A stretch of DNA of 32,000 nucleotides. It comes from Geotalea uraniireducens Rf4 (lineage in GTDB: Bacteria; Desulfobacterota; Desulfuromonadia; Geobacterales; Geobacteraceae). Shown one piece after another: positions 9,501 to 14,693 of this stretch (position 1 is the first letter of the stretch; each line of letters starts with the position of its first letter). The DNA lies in contig NC_009483.1 in the NCBI RefSeq assembly GCF_000016745.1, forward strand, positions 3,630,001-3,662,000, given 5' to 3'. Position numbers and translations under genes: made by a program. The notes below the pieces were generated by a model that saw nothing but the letters and a program-made list of their open reading frames with translations, was not told where the DNA came from and made no database searches.

Positions 9501-10428
9501 GCCCCGGTTCATACAGAACTACAATTTTTTCGGCGTATGCCTCCATCGGTATGGCAGTCGACGCTTTTTCTTCTTTCCATTCGGGATGAAACAGTATCAC
9601 CCTATTGTCCTTATCCTTTTCTCCACTCATCTCCCTTGCTGCCAAACCTTTCATACGGACGCAGACATTCCCTTCGTGATCACATAGGTCAATGTCGATG
9701 GACTCTAACCTACCCGCAGCCTTTTTTCCCTTTCCGTAGCGCGCAAAAGCCCACATGGATTCATGCCACTTTCCTTTTATCTCCACTCTTTCCATGGCAT
9801 AGGGCACTACTGCCACTTCGCCAAGTCCGTCAATCAAACCCATTGCAGCCTGCAATGCAGAATCCAGCATCGAAGGGTGGAGTACATAGTGGTCCGATTC
9901 GCTTTTCACACAATCCGGCATGCTAAGTTTTGCCAGAACTTCTCCATCCCTAGCATAAACCCTTTCTATGCCGCGATGCCCGGGTCCATACTCAATTCCC
10001 ATCTTGCCGAACGCTTCATAATACTCTTCCGACGACACCTCTCTGAGCCATCTCTGCTCCAGCATCGTTGAAATGGCTATTCTTTCCGTCTCACCTGCTT
10101 TGGTTACCTCAGCAGAACCATAGCTATGCGCAACAGTCTCTCCGTCAACATTGGTGCTGCAGACTTCAAAATCTATTTCACCGTTATCGTTCGCTGCTAC
10201 TCCGACAAATAGATTGACCGGATTATCTTCAACTACCACAGGCAAAAGCCACGCTACATTTTTCAACACTATTTCCTGCATTTGGCTTTTATCCAGGTTT
10301 AATGCAGACTCGACAGCTGCCCTCGCCATCTCCAGATAGGCAACCCCCGGCAATATCTTCTTACCATTTATTTTATGATCTTTAAGAAAAGATTCATTGC
10401 CTTTTAGGCAGCTTCTGAATTTCAACAT
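1..10428 (-). CDS. trans-AT polyketide synthase subunit, 3'-truncated by the window edge: DH-KR-ACP-KS-DH-KR-ACP-KS-DH-KR(partial)
   Basis: Absent from the ORF track because no stop lies in the window. ATG at 10428-10426 is preceded by GGAGGAG (10431-10437) and an in-frame TGA at 10444-10446. The frame is open to base 1 (3476 codons); any in-frame stop would have produced a listed ORF ending at 10428. My translation starts MLKFRSCLKGNESFLKDHKINGKKILPGVAYLEM. It contains KS motifs IETACSSSL/EAHGTGT/NIGHLELAAG and DTMCSSSL/EAHGTGT/NIGHCESAAG, KR GGVGGLG and GGAGNLG, and ACP GFDS and GIDS. Confidence 0.9.
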   Translation of the reverse strand, partial: MLKFRSCLKGNESFLKDHKINGKKILPGVAYLEMARAAVESALNLDKSQMQEIVLKNVAWLLPVVVEDNPVNLFVGVAANDNGEIDFEVCSTNVDGETVAHSYGSAEVTKAGETERIAISTMLEQRWLREVSSEEYYEAFGKMGIEYGPGHRGIERVYARDGEVLAKLSMPDCVKSESDHYVLHPSMLDSALQAAMGLIDGLGEVAVVPYAMERVEIKGKWHESMWAFARYGKGKKAAGRLESIDIDLCDHEGNVCVRMKGLAAREMSGEKDKDNRVILFHPEWKEEKASTAIPMEAYAEKIVVLYEPGPATEKEIVASLEGSRVITLRPGKDGVPIDERYENYTVGILEEIQGIVKRKPGRVLIQAVVFATGEGRLFAGHAALFKTARQEHPDIDWQMIELEDIEDAERVTKILKDNARSEAGKSIKYKAGNRSIAEMRELASAREIPRLPWKEKGVYLISGGVGGLGLIFARDIVENLKECTIILAGRSELTPDKESIIQGLKANGSIVKYYQADVTDNDQIESLIKEVVGKYGRVHGIIHSAGVIRDSYIVKKNRKDVEQVLRPKIKGLMAIEEAISGMELDVLLLFSSLAGVLGNAGQSDYAAANGFMDAYAQYRNELAEVGQRRGKALSLNWPLWKEGGMQVNPDAEKMMLQSWGMIPLQTSTGIRALYQGLASEKGQVLVMEGRLGRIRQKLDSLMTPAGAQPKTVPVASGTLSEIDSSSLQEKVLSILMQAVSELLRVKLADIDADVELNDYGFDSVSLTQFANTLNREYKLELAPTVFFEYPTLSRFAKYLVEAHSSAFSSSLGAQTNVQTKVQTKAAARAEEDRAEETTPGTRRHPRFAVTAAPAVAKPSASSFEPVAIVGLSGRFPFASDVDEFWKNLMDGRDCITEIPNSRWDWRRYYGDPAKEANKTNAKCGGFIDGVDEFDPLFFGISPREAEIMDPNQRLLMTHVWKAIEDAGYSAQSLSGTNTAIFAGTATSGYSELLSRAKVAIEAYSATGVAASVGPNRMSYFLNIHGPSEPIETACSSSLVAIHRAVAVLQDGTCEMAIAGGVNTIVSPELHLSFSKAGMLCEDGRCKTFSNRANGYARGEGVGVLFLKKLKDAERDNDHVHAVIRGTAENHGGRANSLTAPNPVAQADLLTSAYTTAGIDPRTVGYIEAHGTGTELGDPIEINGLKAAFKELYRATGEPEVTSAHCGLGSVKTNIGHLELAAGIAGVIKVIQQLKYKTLAKSLHCDVVNPYIQLENSPFYIVQENREWKALRDGNGNELPRRAGVSSFGFGGANAHVVIEEYVPKDQPHVAIAPPNPAIIVLSAKNEERLKEQAQLLVAAIRERQFSDADLVNIAYTLQVGRDAMEERLALIPQSVQELSEALTKYCEGREGIEKLYRGQVKPNKEALSVFSMDEELQEAIEKWMERGKYSRLLGLWVRGQQFDWNKLYRDPKPRRVSLPTYPFTKERYWVPETREQKPEYQEQRIHPLLHQNASDFSEQRFSSTFTGEEFFLTDHVVRGRKVLPGVAYLEMARAALEQAAGAEEPKAGIRLKNVVWARPIAVDAQPVRVHIGLVPNDTGEITYEIYSDSQANGAEPLVHGQGAAEFLSTRETSTLDIEALQAECTQESLSSSQCYEAFLQMGFEYGPGHRGIVEAYVGVGQVLAKLSLPDSVSQTDGQYVLHPSLMDSALQASIGLIRGQDQGGALKPVVPFALQELDVLGTCTPSMWTLIRYGKGSKPGDSVQQLDIDVSDEHGKVRVTMRGLSLKGLDGEVRPGASTAIGTVMLEPVWNEQSVAEEATAADQAEHLVLLCGQDDLTHEEVTRLMSGARCISFHSEQKGIGERFGDYALQAFQEIQSVLRSKSKGKLLVQVVFSGQGDGQLFGGLSGLLKTARLENPNFGWQLIEVETRETSESIVEKLKGNSRSALDQQIRYQGGKRFVCGWREVASFQEQASIPWRDRGVYLITGGAGNLGLIFAKEIANRVTGATLILTGRSPLSEVKRAQLRELEASGARVEYQQVDVSQKDAVAGLIQALVEEFGSINGIIHAAGVTRDSFIIKKTNEEFLEVLGPKVGGLVHLDQASQHLELDLVLLFSSAAAAAGNLGQADYAAANAFMDAYAAYRNDLVARNERRGRTFSINWPLWQEGGMQVDAETRQMMLQTRGMIPLPTATGIAALYQALACGKNQIMVIDGDPQRVTAGIIAQPSRAELRKDVSPVVENGVAPEVTQDSLRDKASDYFKKLVAAGIKLPAHRVDVDAPMERYGIDSIMVLQLTNELEKVFGSLPKTLFFEYQTIQALSGYFLESHRDQLMGLLEIEQTPTAAADTSQNSVAAPKPAQPVASNRRPSRFASRAAAREEKANEVSDIAIIGVSGRYPGAGNLGEFWKNLRDGKDCITEIPKDRWDHSLYFDADKNKQGKTNSKWGGFLDGVDLFDTLFFNISPREAEIMDPQERLFLQCVYETLENAGYTREALGLHQGGGLEGNVGVYVGVMYEEYQLYGAQETAKGRPLALAGNPSSIANRVSYFCNFHGPSMAVDTMCSSSLTAIHLACQSLQRGGCEVAIAGGVNVSVHPNKYMFLGQGKFVSSKGRCESFGEGGDGYVPGEGVGAVLLKPLAKAVADGDQIYGVIKASTINHGGKTNGYTVPNPNAQASVIGRALQQSGVHPRTISYIEAHGTGTSLGDPIEIAGLAKTFQEHTKEKQFCSIGSAKSNIGHCESAAGIAGVTKVLLQLKHRQLAPSLHSEVLNPNIDFSTTPFVVQQQLAEWKRPVVEINGQTREYPRIAGISSFGAGGSNAHVVIEEYIPEGGERIPVRVSAQHPAIVVLSAKNEKRLEEQARRLLGAIQERQFSDADLADAAYTLQVGREAMDARLAMVVASIKDLEEKLSGYLDGKSDLEHLHKGHVKRDRDNDSAWLYAVDEDMAKTIDAWVSKGKYARLLDLWVKGLNFDWNRLYGAAKPHRISLPTYPFAGDRYWVPEIAQTAGASALLPVAHSIHPLLHQNTSDLTEQRFSSIFTGEEFFLADHAVSGEKILPVAAYLEMARAAVDRAAGSWNPSQKGISLKNIVWARPITVTGQPVQVHVGLFPKDNGEIGYEIYSESTEHSAETIINSQGSALFGPVADIPVINLLDVQSECDRELSSAQCYDAFKTMGSEYGARHRGIERAYAGSTTVLAKLSLPSSISETEDHYLLHPSMLDSAMQASLLIVGEPASMAAPKPMVPSTLHQLEILQRCTSLMWAVIRSGNSGEAAGRANNVDVDLCDENGSVCVRMRGLSFRVLEGGQGTVGAAADQETLVLKPVWEAPADVKEGRAPEYAGHLVILCQMSNVLKEGVEVQMDGVRSLIISSEEREMEKRFPVYAQQVFEQIQSLLNEKPKGKVLVQMVIPNNGEGNLLAALNGVLKTAHQENPKLTGQLIAVDSTEDADKTVEKLKYNSRCPADDRVRYEEGKRQVVRWKEIGVSQASVGMQWKEQGV
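580..1445 (-). other. Gene D DH3 (motifs intact)
   Basis: HPLLHQNTSDLTEQRFSSIFTGEEFFLADHAVSGEKILPVAAYLEM; YLLHPSMLDSAMQ. Confidence 0.8.
2010..3335 (-). other. Gene D KS2 (Cys-His-His intact)
   Basis: IAIIGVSGRYPGAG, DTMCSSSL (Cys 2803-2805), EAHGTGTSLGDPIE, SNIGHCESAAG, GSNAHVVIEEY. Confidence 0.85.
3500..3740 (-). other. Gene D ACP2
   Basis: PMERYGIDSIMVLQLTNELEKVFG; the D-S dipeptide is encoded at 3622-3627. Confidence 0.8.
3830..5105 (-). other. Gene D KR2
   Basis: GVYLITGGAGNLG (~4507-4550); GNLGQADYAAANAFMDAYA (~4060-4125). Confidence 0.8.
5110..5975 (-). other. Gene D DH2 (motifs intact)
   Basis: HPLLHQNASDFSEQRFSSTFTGEEFFLTDHVVRGRKVLPGVAYLEM; YVLHPSLMDSALQ. Confidence 0.85.
5440..5975. 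repeat. Dispersed nucleotide-level repeat, copy 1 (N-terminal half of gene D DH2)
   Basis: By-eye alignment to about 20680-21215. There are 4 mismatches in the 60 nt of 5881-5940 versus 21118-21177. Other 60-nt blocks are roughly 78-90% identical. Confidence 0.75.
6525..7840 (-). other. Gene D KS1 (Cys-His-His intact)
   Basis: VAIVGLSGRFPFA, IETACSSSL (Cys 7327-7329), EAHGTGTELGDPIE, TNIGHLELAAG, GANAHVVIEEY. Confidence 0.85.
8020..8270 (-). other. Gene D ACP1
   Basis: ELNDYGFDSVSLTQFANTL; Ser codon 8140-8142. Confidence 0.8.
8340..9620 (-). other. Gene D KR1
   Basis: GVYLISGGVGGLG (9021-9060); GNAGQSDYAAANGFMDAYA (8581-8640). Confidence 0.8.
9625..10428 (-). other. Gene D DH1 (lacks its own HPLL segment)
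   Basis: MLKFRSCLKGNESFLKDHKINGKKILPGVAYLEM; YVLHPSMLDSALQ; ends ...CVRMKGLAAREMSG. Confidence 0.8.
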
Positions 10429-10454
10429 AACTCCTCCGCTAGATCAGACATATT
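10414..10454. repeat. Direct repeat, downstream copy (contains the gene D SD and start)
   Basis: 31 of 41 positions are identical to 10750-10790. The perfect 17-nt core AACTCCTCCGCTAGATC lies at 10429-10445. Confidence 0.8.
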
Positions 10455-10745
10455 TAAAACAAGGGGTTGAATCGACACGTTTTGCGGCGTGAGGGACTGT
10501 TTTCGCCACGAGGACGGCCCCAACGGTTTCTTCGAAGCAATCGAAGCGGTCGATCAGCTGGCATTGGCTGTCTTGCCTGTATGCAGGGGCAGCGATTTTT
10601 GACCGAGCGAGCCTTTCAAGCGAGAACAGCGTGGGGCTTGTCCGTACATTACCAGGCCCGCGGGTGACGGAGTGGCAAATGCCAAGACAACCGTGAAAGG
10701 AACTATGCCGACGGGAGGTTTGATTAATCTCTTTCCACAACGTTA
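10429..10745 (-). other. 317-nt spacer between gene C and gene D, nature unknown
   Basis: This is the only sizeable non-PKS sequence in the window. I counted 160 G+C in 10441-10740 (53%), against 37-47% in the adjacent 60-nt lines. It is bracketed by the 336-nt-period direct repeat. Confidence 0.5.
10431..10437 (-). promoter_or_regulatory. Shine-Dalgarno of gene D (GGAGGAG)
   Basis: Minus strand reads GCGGAGGAGTTATG. This SD lies inside the downstream copy of the 41-nt direct repeat. Confidence 0.7.
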
Positions 10746-13700
10746 CTAGGTCGAACTCCAACGAAACTCCTCCGCTAGATCCGATATGTTTTCATGCAAC
10801 AAAGGGTGGATTTGGCTGACGCTATGACTTCTTTCAAATTTCGTCCCCTTCATTCCTGCTACCCAGTATTTGTCTCGTGCGAACGGATAGCCTGGCAGAC
10901 TGATCTTACCGGGCTTCTCCTTCACATAGATCATGTCCCAGTCAATGGACAGTCCATTTACCCATGTATCAAGCAGTTTTTCATGGTTCTTTTCGCTGTT
11001 CCAGTTGCGAACCGCCTTTTGAAGTTCTTCCTCCGTGGCAGATCGGATCGATGCGTCCTTATTCCTTTTTGCTTGCCCGCGATATATGTCAGTACTATCT
11101 GTTTCATCTTTCAGATAGTTGTTGAGTTTTCCCCTAAGCTCCAGGATTGTACTGGCCGTGAAACCAAGCCTTTCCTCCATCGCCTCGCGCCCCACCTGCA
11201 AGGTATAGGCAATATCCGGCAGGTTTTCATCTCCTGGTCCGGACGTGGCCAGCCACTCTACCAGGTCTCTCACCCGCTCTTTCAATCGCTCTTCGTTCTT
11301 CGCCGACACGACTATCAGCGCAGGATGTTCTCTACTTGGTGTGGGTGGATTTTTCTTTTCTGCCACGTACTCCTCTATTACTACATGCGCATTCGCGCCA
11401 CCTGCTCCAAACGATGATATTCCTGCAATTCTAGGTGTTTCGCTGTTCCAATCTGTCAGTTCTCGCTGTACTTTAAATGGCGTGCTGCCGAACTCGATGT
11501 TCGGGTTCAGCTCAGCCGCATGTATGCTTGGCACCAACTGCTTATGCTTCATCTGCAATAGAACCTTCGTTAATCCCGATATTCCGGCAGCACTTTCGCA
11601 ATGCCCTATATTCGATTTCACTGATCCAATTGCACAAAATTGTGTTTCGTCGGTGTACTGATGGAACGCCCTGGTTAACCCGGCTATTTCAATCGGGTCC
11701 CCAAGCGAGGTGCCAGTCCCATGAGCCTCTATATAGCTGATGTCGCGAGCATTGAAGCCTGCCCTTTCTATCGCTTCCCGTATCACTTCTCCTTGGGCAG
11801 CGGGATTCGGGACGGTGTAACCGCTTGTCTTCCCACCCGAATTGATCATGCTTCCTCGTATAATTCCATATATCTGATCACCATCTTCTTCTGCCTTACA
11901 TAGGAGTTTGAGCAGCACAGCCCCCACTCCTTCCCCGGGGATATATCCGTCTCCGCCTTTACCAAAGCTTTCACACCTTCCCTGGCTAGACAAAAAGTTC
12001 CCCTTTGACAACACGAGATATTTATTCGGATGAATCGACAGATTTACTCCACCCGCGATCGCCGCATCGCATTCACCTCTCTCTATACACAGGCATGCCA
12101 AATGAAGAGCAGTCAGCGATGATGAACACATCGAATCTACCGCCATACTTGGCCCGTGGAAGTTGAACGAATAAGATACCCGGTTGGCTATCGATGCAGG
12201 GCTTCCCACTAAAGCCGTATTCTTTCCGACCTTTTGATCCTGTGCTCCGTAGAGCTGGTACTCCTCATACATTACTGCTGCAAACACACCGACTCTTGCA
12301 CCCAACCTGTCTTTCGTTTGGTCGTTTAAACGTTCTCTGGTATATCCGGCATCCTCGAGCGTGTGATACGCGCACTCCAGAAACAGTCTCTCCTGTGGGT
12401 CCATGGACTCTGCTTCTTTGGGCGATATATTGAAAAACAACGGGTCGAATTCGTCTGCTCCTGATATAAATCCGCCCCATTTACTGTAAATCTTTCCTTC
12501 TTTCCCCTTCTCCTCGTTAAAGTATTGCTTCCAATCCCATCTTTCCTCAGGTATCTCGGTTATACTGTCGGTACCCGCCTTCAAGTTGCCCCAAAACTCA
12601 TCCAGGCTTCTCGCTCCCGGATACCTTCCGGATACTCCAACGATGGCTATGGAACTATTTCTGGCATTCTTTTCCTCATAGCCTTCTGTCTCAGAAATCA
12701 AATCCTTCAGCAGAACAGGCAATTCGACTCTTTGCATTTGCACATTGATAAATTCCGCTACAACATCACCACCTTCAGTCACAACCATCGCGTCGTATGA
12801 TATGGAATCGGGGTTTTCTATCCTTACCTTCTTCACAACATATGCGTAATCTGCGACTCGTTTGAAAACTGTCATTTTCTCTATTTTTTCCAGCACGCTA
12901 ACCTTTTTCCCGAGACCATCCGTGTCGCAGAGCAAATAACAGATTTTCAACAGACGAGAGTCCGCTATTTTAGTTCGTTGCAATCCTGTATTAACACTGC
13001 CAGCCGTTTTGATATGGTAAATGGATGTTGTGCCATTGTATTTCCACTCAGCTTCTATCAAACAACTTTGTCCTGGGTCTCCGATTCTACGGCTAGTCAC
13101 TTCCTTAGATTTATTAATTATTGATTTTATATCTACTCTCTGAAGCCTTTCATGCTCATTTCTTTGATAAAATCCCGAGCAGACAGTCTCAGGTTTGGAT
13201 TCACCAGTTGCATGCTTGAAGACGTCAAACCCTAGTTTAGCTCCTTGTTCATTTAGCTTTACCTCTATCTCAACATTTTCGCTCTTCTTCAATCCTATGG
13301 GCCCGCCGGAAACCCGAACATCATTGAGCTCTACGGGGTAACCTCCGTAGCTATTTCCCAAATAACTTTCCACAGCAAGACAGGGATATGCCAATCCTAT
13401 GATTGCGCGGCGCCCATACATCAGATGGTCTTGCAAGAATGGCTCACTTCCATAAAACTTGTACTTGTTAGAAGATATAGTGGAGGCTACGTTTTTCGTG
13501 CTCGGAAAGCTTTGGGGTTGTGTTCCTCCTTCAGCTAATTTCTTCTGCAGGTACTTGGTCAAATCCAGAAAGTTACTATATTCAAACAATAAGCTTGGGC
13601 TTAGTGCAAGCTGGAAACTTTGCTCTATATCTTTGACTAACTCCAAAAGTTGAGAGGATTCCAAACCTAGCTCAAAGAACCCTACGCTATTCTCAAGCTG

Positions 13701-14693
13701 ATCCATTTGGATGTTGATGTATTTTGCAAATACTTTTTTCAAGGCCCTTTCTAAAGAGGTAACGCAGGAAACATTTGCTTCATCACCCTCATAATGATCT
13801 CTTGTCTTAACGCCTTCATGCCGTTCTATCTTTTCTACCTTTACCCGCTCAGGGTCCATCTGATCCCGGTCTTTCACTCGCTTTACCGTCAAGCCTTTCA
13901 GCTTTGCGACCAGGCGCCCTTCGGGATTGAAGAAGTCCATATCAATGGTGGCAATATCATTCACGGTGCGAATCAATGACCTGTCAATCCTCACATAACA
14001 GCGATCCAACAGTGGCCCTTTGCCATGGAACGACTCATAGGATATAGGCAGGTACATTTCCTCTTGGCTACTACCGGGCATCCTTTCCCGGATCAAGATC
14101 ATCGAGGACATTGCTGCGCCATCTAACAGTGCGGGGTGAAACATGTAATTCGCTGCGACCTCATTGTTTGCAGCCTCTGTGTTTACATCTACTAAACAAC
14201 CCGTGCTGGTTACATATATATTCCCTTTCGCCTTTATCATCCCCTGATGGACCAGTCCGACTTTGCTCGCTTGGGAATATATCGATTCCAGGTCATACTT
14301 CTTGGTGGATGCCTGCTTCACCGTTTCAACATCAATCAGCTCTTCAGGCATAACCTCGTTCAAGTGTAGTTCAACCGTTACAAATAGCTTCCTTTGCTTT
14401 GATGGTCCGGTGGCATTGTTTTCGAAGCTTTCAACACTAATTTTCCAGTATCTTTGTACATTCTCGAATGTAATTCTAAGTCTGACCGGGTTTTCATTGC
14501 TTACCACCAGCGGATTATATATGGCCAAGTTCTTGAAGCAGTGATCATCCCTTTGAATTTTCAGTTTCTCTTTCGCCAGTTGACTCAGCATATCAATGTA
14601 GGCCAAACCTGGCAGTACAGACCGTCCGAATATCTGGTGGCCTTTTACTATCGGATTATCCAAAGTCAAATTACACTCAAATATATTTTGCAT
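10746..14693 (-). CDS. trans-AT polyketide synthase subunit: DH-ACP-(extra DH-like hot-dog)-KS-flanking subdomain-short HPLL tail
   Basis: ORF track 10746..14804 (1352 aa, TTG-initiated). Preferred start is ATG 14693 (MQNIFECNLTLDNPIVKGH...) with GGGGAGAG at 14698-14705. This N-terminus aligns with the gene B N-terminus (MQDQYRISSNHPIVRNH). KS motifs: VDSMCSSSL, EAHGTGTSLGDPIE, SNIGHCESAAG. Confidence 0.88.
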   Translation of the reverse strand: MQNIFECNLTLDNPIVKGHQIFGRSVLPGLAYIDMLSQLAKEKLKIQRDDHCFKNLAIYNPLVVSNENPVRLRITFENVQRYWKISVESFENNATGPSKQRKLFVTVELHLNEVMPEELIDVETVKQASTKKYDLESIYSQASKVGLVHQGMIKAKGNIYVTSTGCLVDVNTEAANNEVAANYMFHPALLDGAAMSSMILIRERMPGSSQEEMYLPISYESFHGKGPLLDRCYVRIDRSLIRTVNDIATIDMDFFNPEGRLVAKLKGLTVKRVKDRDQMDPERVKVEKIERHEGVKTRDHYEGDEANVSCVTSLERALKKVFAKYINIQMDQLENSVGFFELGLESSQLLELVKDIEQSFQLALSPSLLFEYSNFLDLTKYLQKKLAEGGTQPQSFPSTKNVASTISSNKYKFYGSEPFLQDHLMYGRRAIIGLAYPCLAVESYLGNSYGGYPVELNDVRVSGGPIGLKKSENVEIEVKLNEQGAKLGFDVFKHATGESKPETVCSGFYQRNEHERLQRVDIKSIINKSKEVTSRRIGDPGQSCLIEAEWKYNGTTSIYHIKTAGSVNTGLQRTKIADSRLLKICYLLCDTDGLGKKVSVLEKIEKMTVFKRVADYAYVVKKVRIENPDSISYDAMVVTEGGDVVAEFINVQMQRVELPVLLKDLISETEGYEEKNARNSSIAIVGVSGRYPGARSLDEFWGNLKAGTDSITEIPEERWDWKQYFNEEKGKEGKIYSKWGGFISGADEFDPLFFNISPKEAESMDPQERLFLECAYHTLEDAGYTRERLNDQTKDRLGARVGVFAAVMYEEYQLYGAQDQKVGKNTALVGSPASIANRVSYSFNFHGPSMAVDSMCSSSLTALHLACLCIERGECDAAIAGGVNLSIHPNKYLVLSKGNFLSSQGRCESFGKGGDGYIPGEGVGAVLLKLLCKAEEDGDQIYGIIRGSMINSGGKTSGYTVPNPAAQGEVIREAIERAGFNARDISYIEAHGTGTSLGDPIEIAGLTRAFHQYTDETQFCAIGSVKSNIGHCESAAGISGLTKVLLQMKHKQLVPSIHAAELNPNIEFGSTPFKVQRELTDWNSETPRIAGISSFGAGGANAHVVIEEYVAEKKNPPTPSREHPALIVVSAKNEERLKERVRDLVEWLATSGPGDENLPDIAYTLQVGREAMEERLGFTASTILELRGKLNNYLKDETDSTDIYRGQAKRNKDASIRSATEEELQKAVRNWNSEKNHEKLLDTWVNGLSIDWDMIYVKEKPGKISLPGYPFARDKYWVAGMKGTKFERSHSVSQIHPLLHENISDLAEEFRWSST
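10749..10826 (-). other. Gene C C-terminal tail carrying the HPLL N-terminal segment of a DH (DH-docking-like)
   Basis: HSVSQIHPLLHENISDLAEEFRWSST-stop aligns with IHPLLHQNTSDFSEQRFSST of the intact DH domains. The rest of that DH starts gene D. Confidence 0.65.
10750..10790. repeat. Direct repeat, upstream copy (encodes NISDLAEEFRWSS of the gene C tail)
   Basis: Perfect 17-nt core at 10765-10781, exactly 336 nt (112 codons) from the other copy. Confidence 0.8.
11366..12655 (-). other. Gene C KS (Cys-His-His intact)
   Basis: IAIVGVSGRYPGA, VDSMCSSSL (Cys 12126-12128), EAHGTGTSLGDPIE, SNIGHCESAAG, GANAHVVIEEY. Confidence 0.85.
12715..13480 (-). other. Gene C second DH-like hot-dog domain of uncertain function, located between the ACP and the KS
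   Basis: KYKFYGSEPFLQDHLMYGRRAIIGLAYPC. His codon is at 13425-13427 and HxxxG is present, but the conserved Pro is replaced by Ile. I found no recognisable DxxxQ/H motif in the C-terminal half. About 250 aa. Confidence 0.55.
13535..13765 (-). other. Gene C ACP (GLES variant)
   Basis: SVGFFELGLESSQLLELVKDIEQSF (13651-13668 encodes GLESSQ). Confidence 0.7.
13876..14693 (-). other. Gene C N-terminal DH-type hot-dog domain, partner of the gene B KS0
   Basis: DNPIVKGHQIFGRSVLPGLAYIDM; YMFHPALLDGAAMSSM. Paralogous to the gene B N-terminal domain. Confidence 0.7.

Noticed and set aside
10673-10684. The TGGCAAATGCCA palindrome as a sigma-54 promoter or regulator-binding site.
   Set aside because: The GG-to-GC spacing is far shorter than in the -24/-12 consensus, and a 2-nt loop cannot form a hairpin. 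A single short palindrome in 32 kb is not evidence of a binding site.
10444-10761. The 105-aa minus-strand ORF spanning the C | D spacer as a real small gene, or the spacer as an intein or a self-splicing intron.
   Set aside because: The ORF starts at a TTG inside gene C with no SD, and its sequence resembles no family I recognise. The spacer is not in frame with both flanking genes and lacks intein block residues. It also lacks the group I core elements and the group II GUGYG...AY ends. It is kept only as an open question in the findings.
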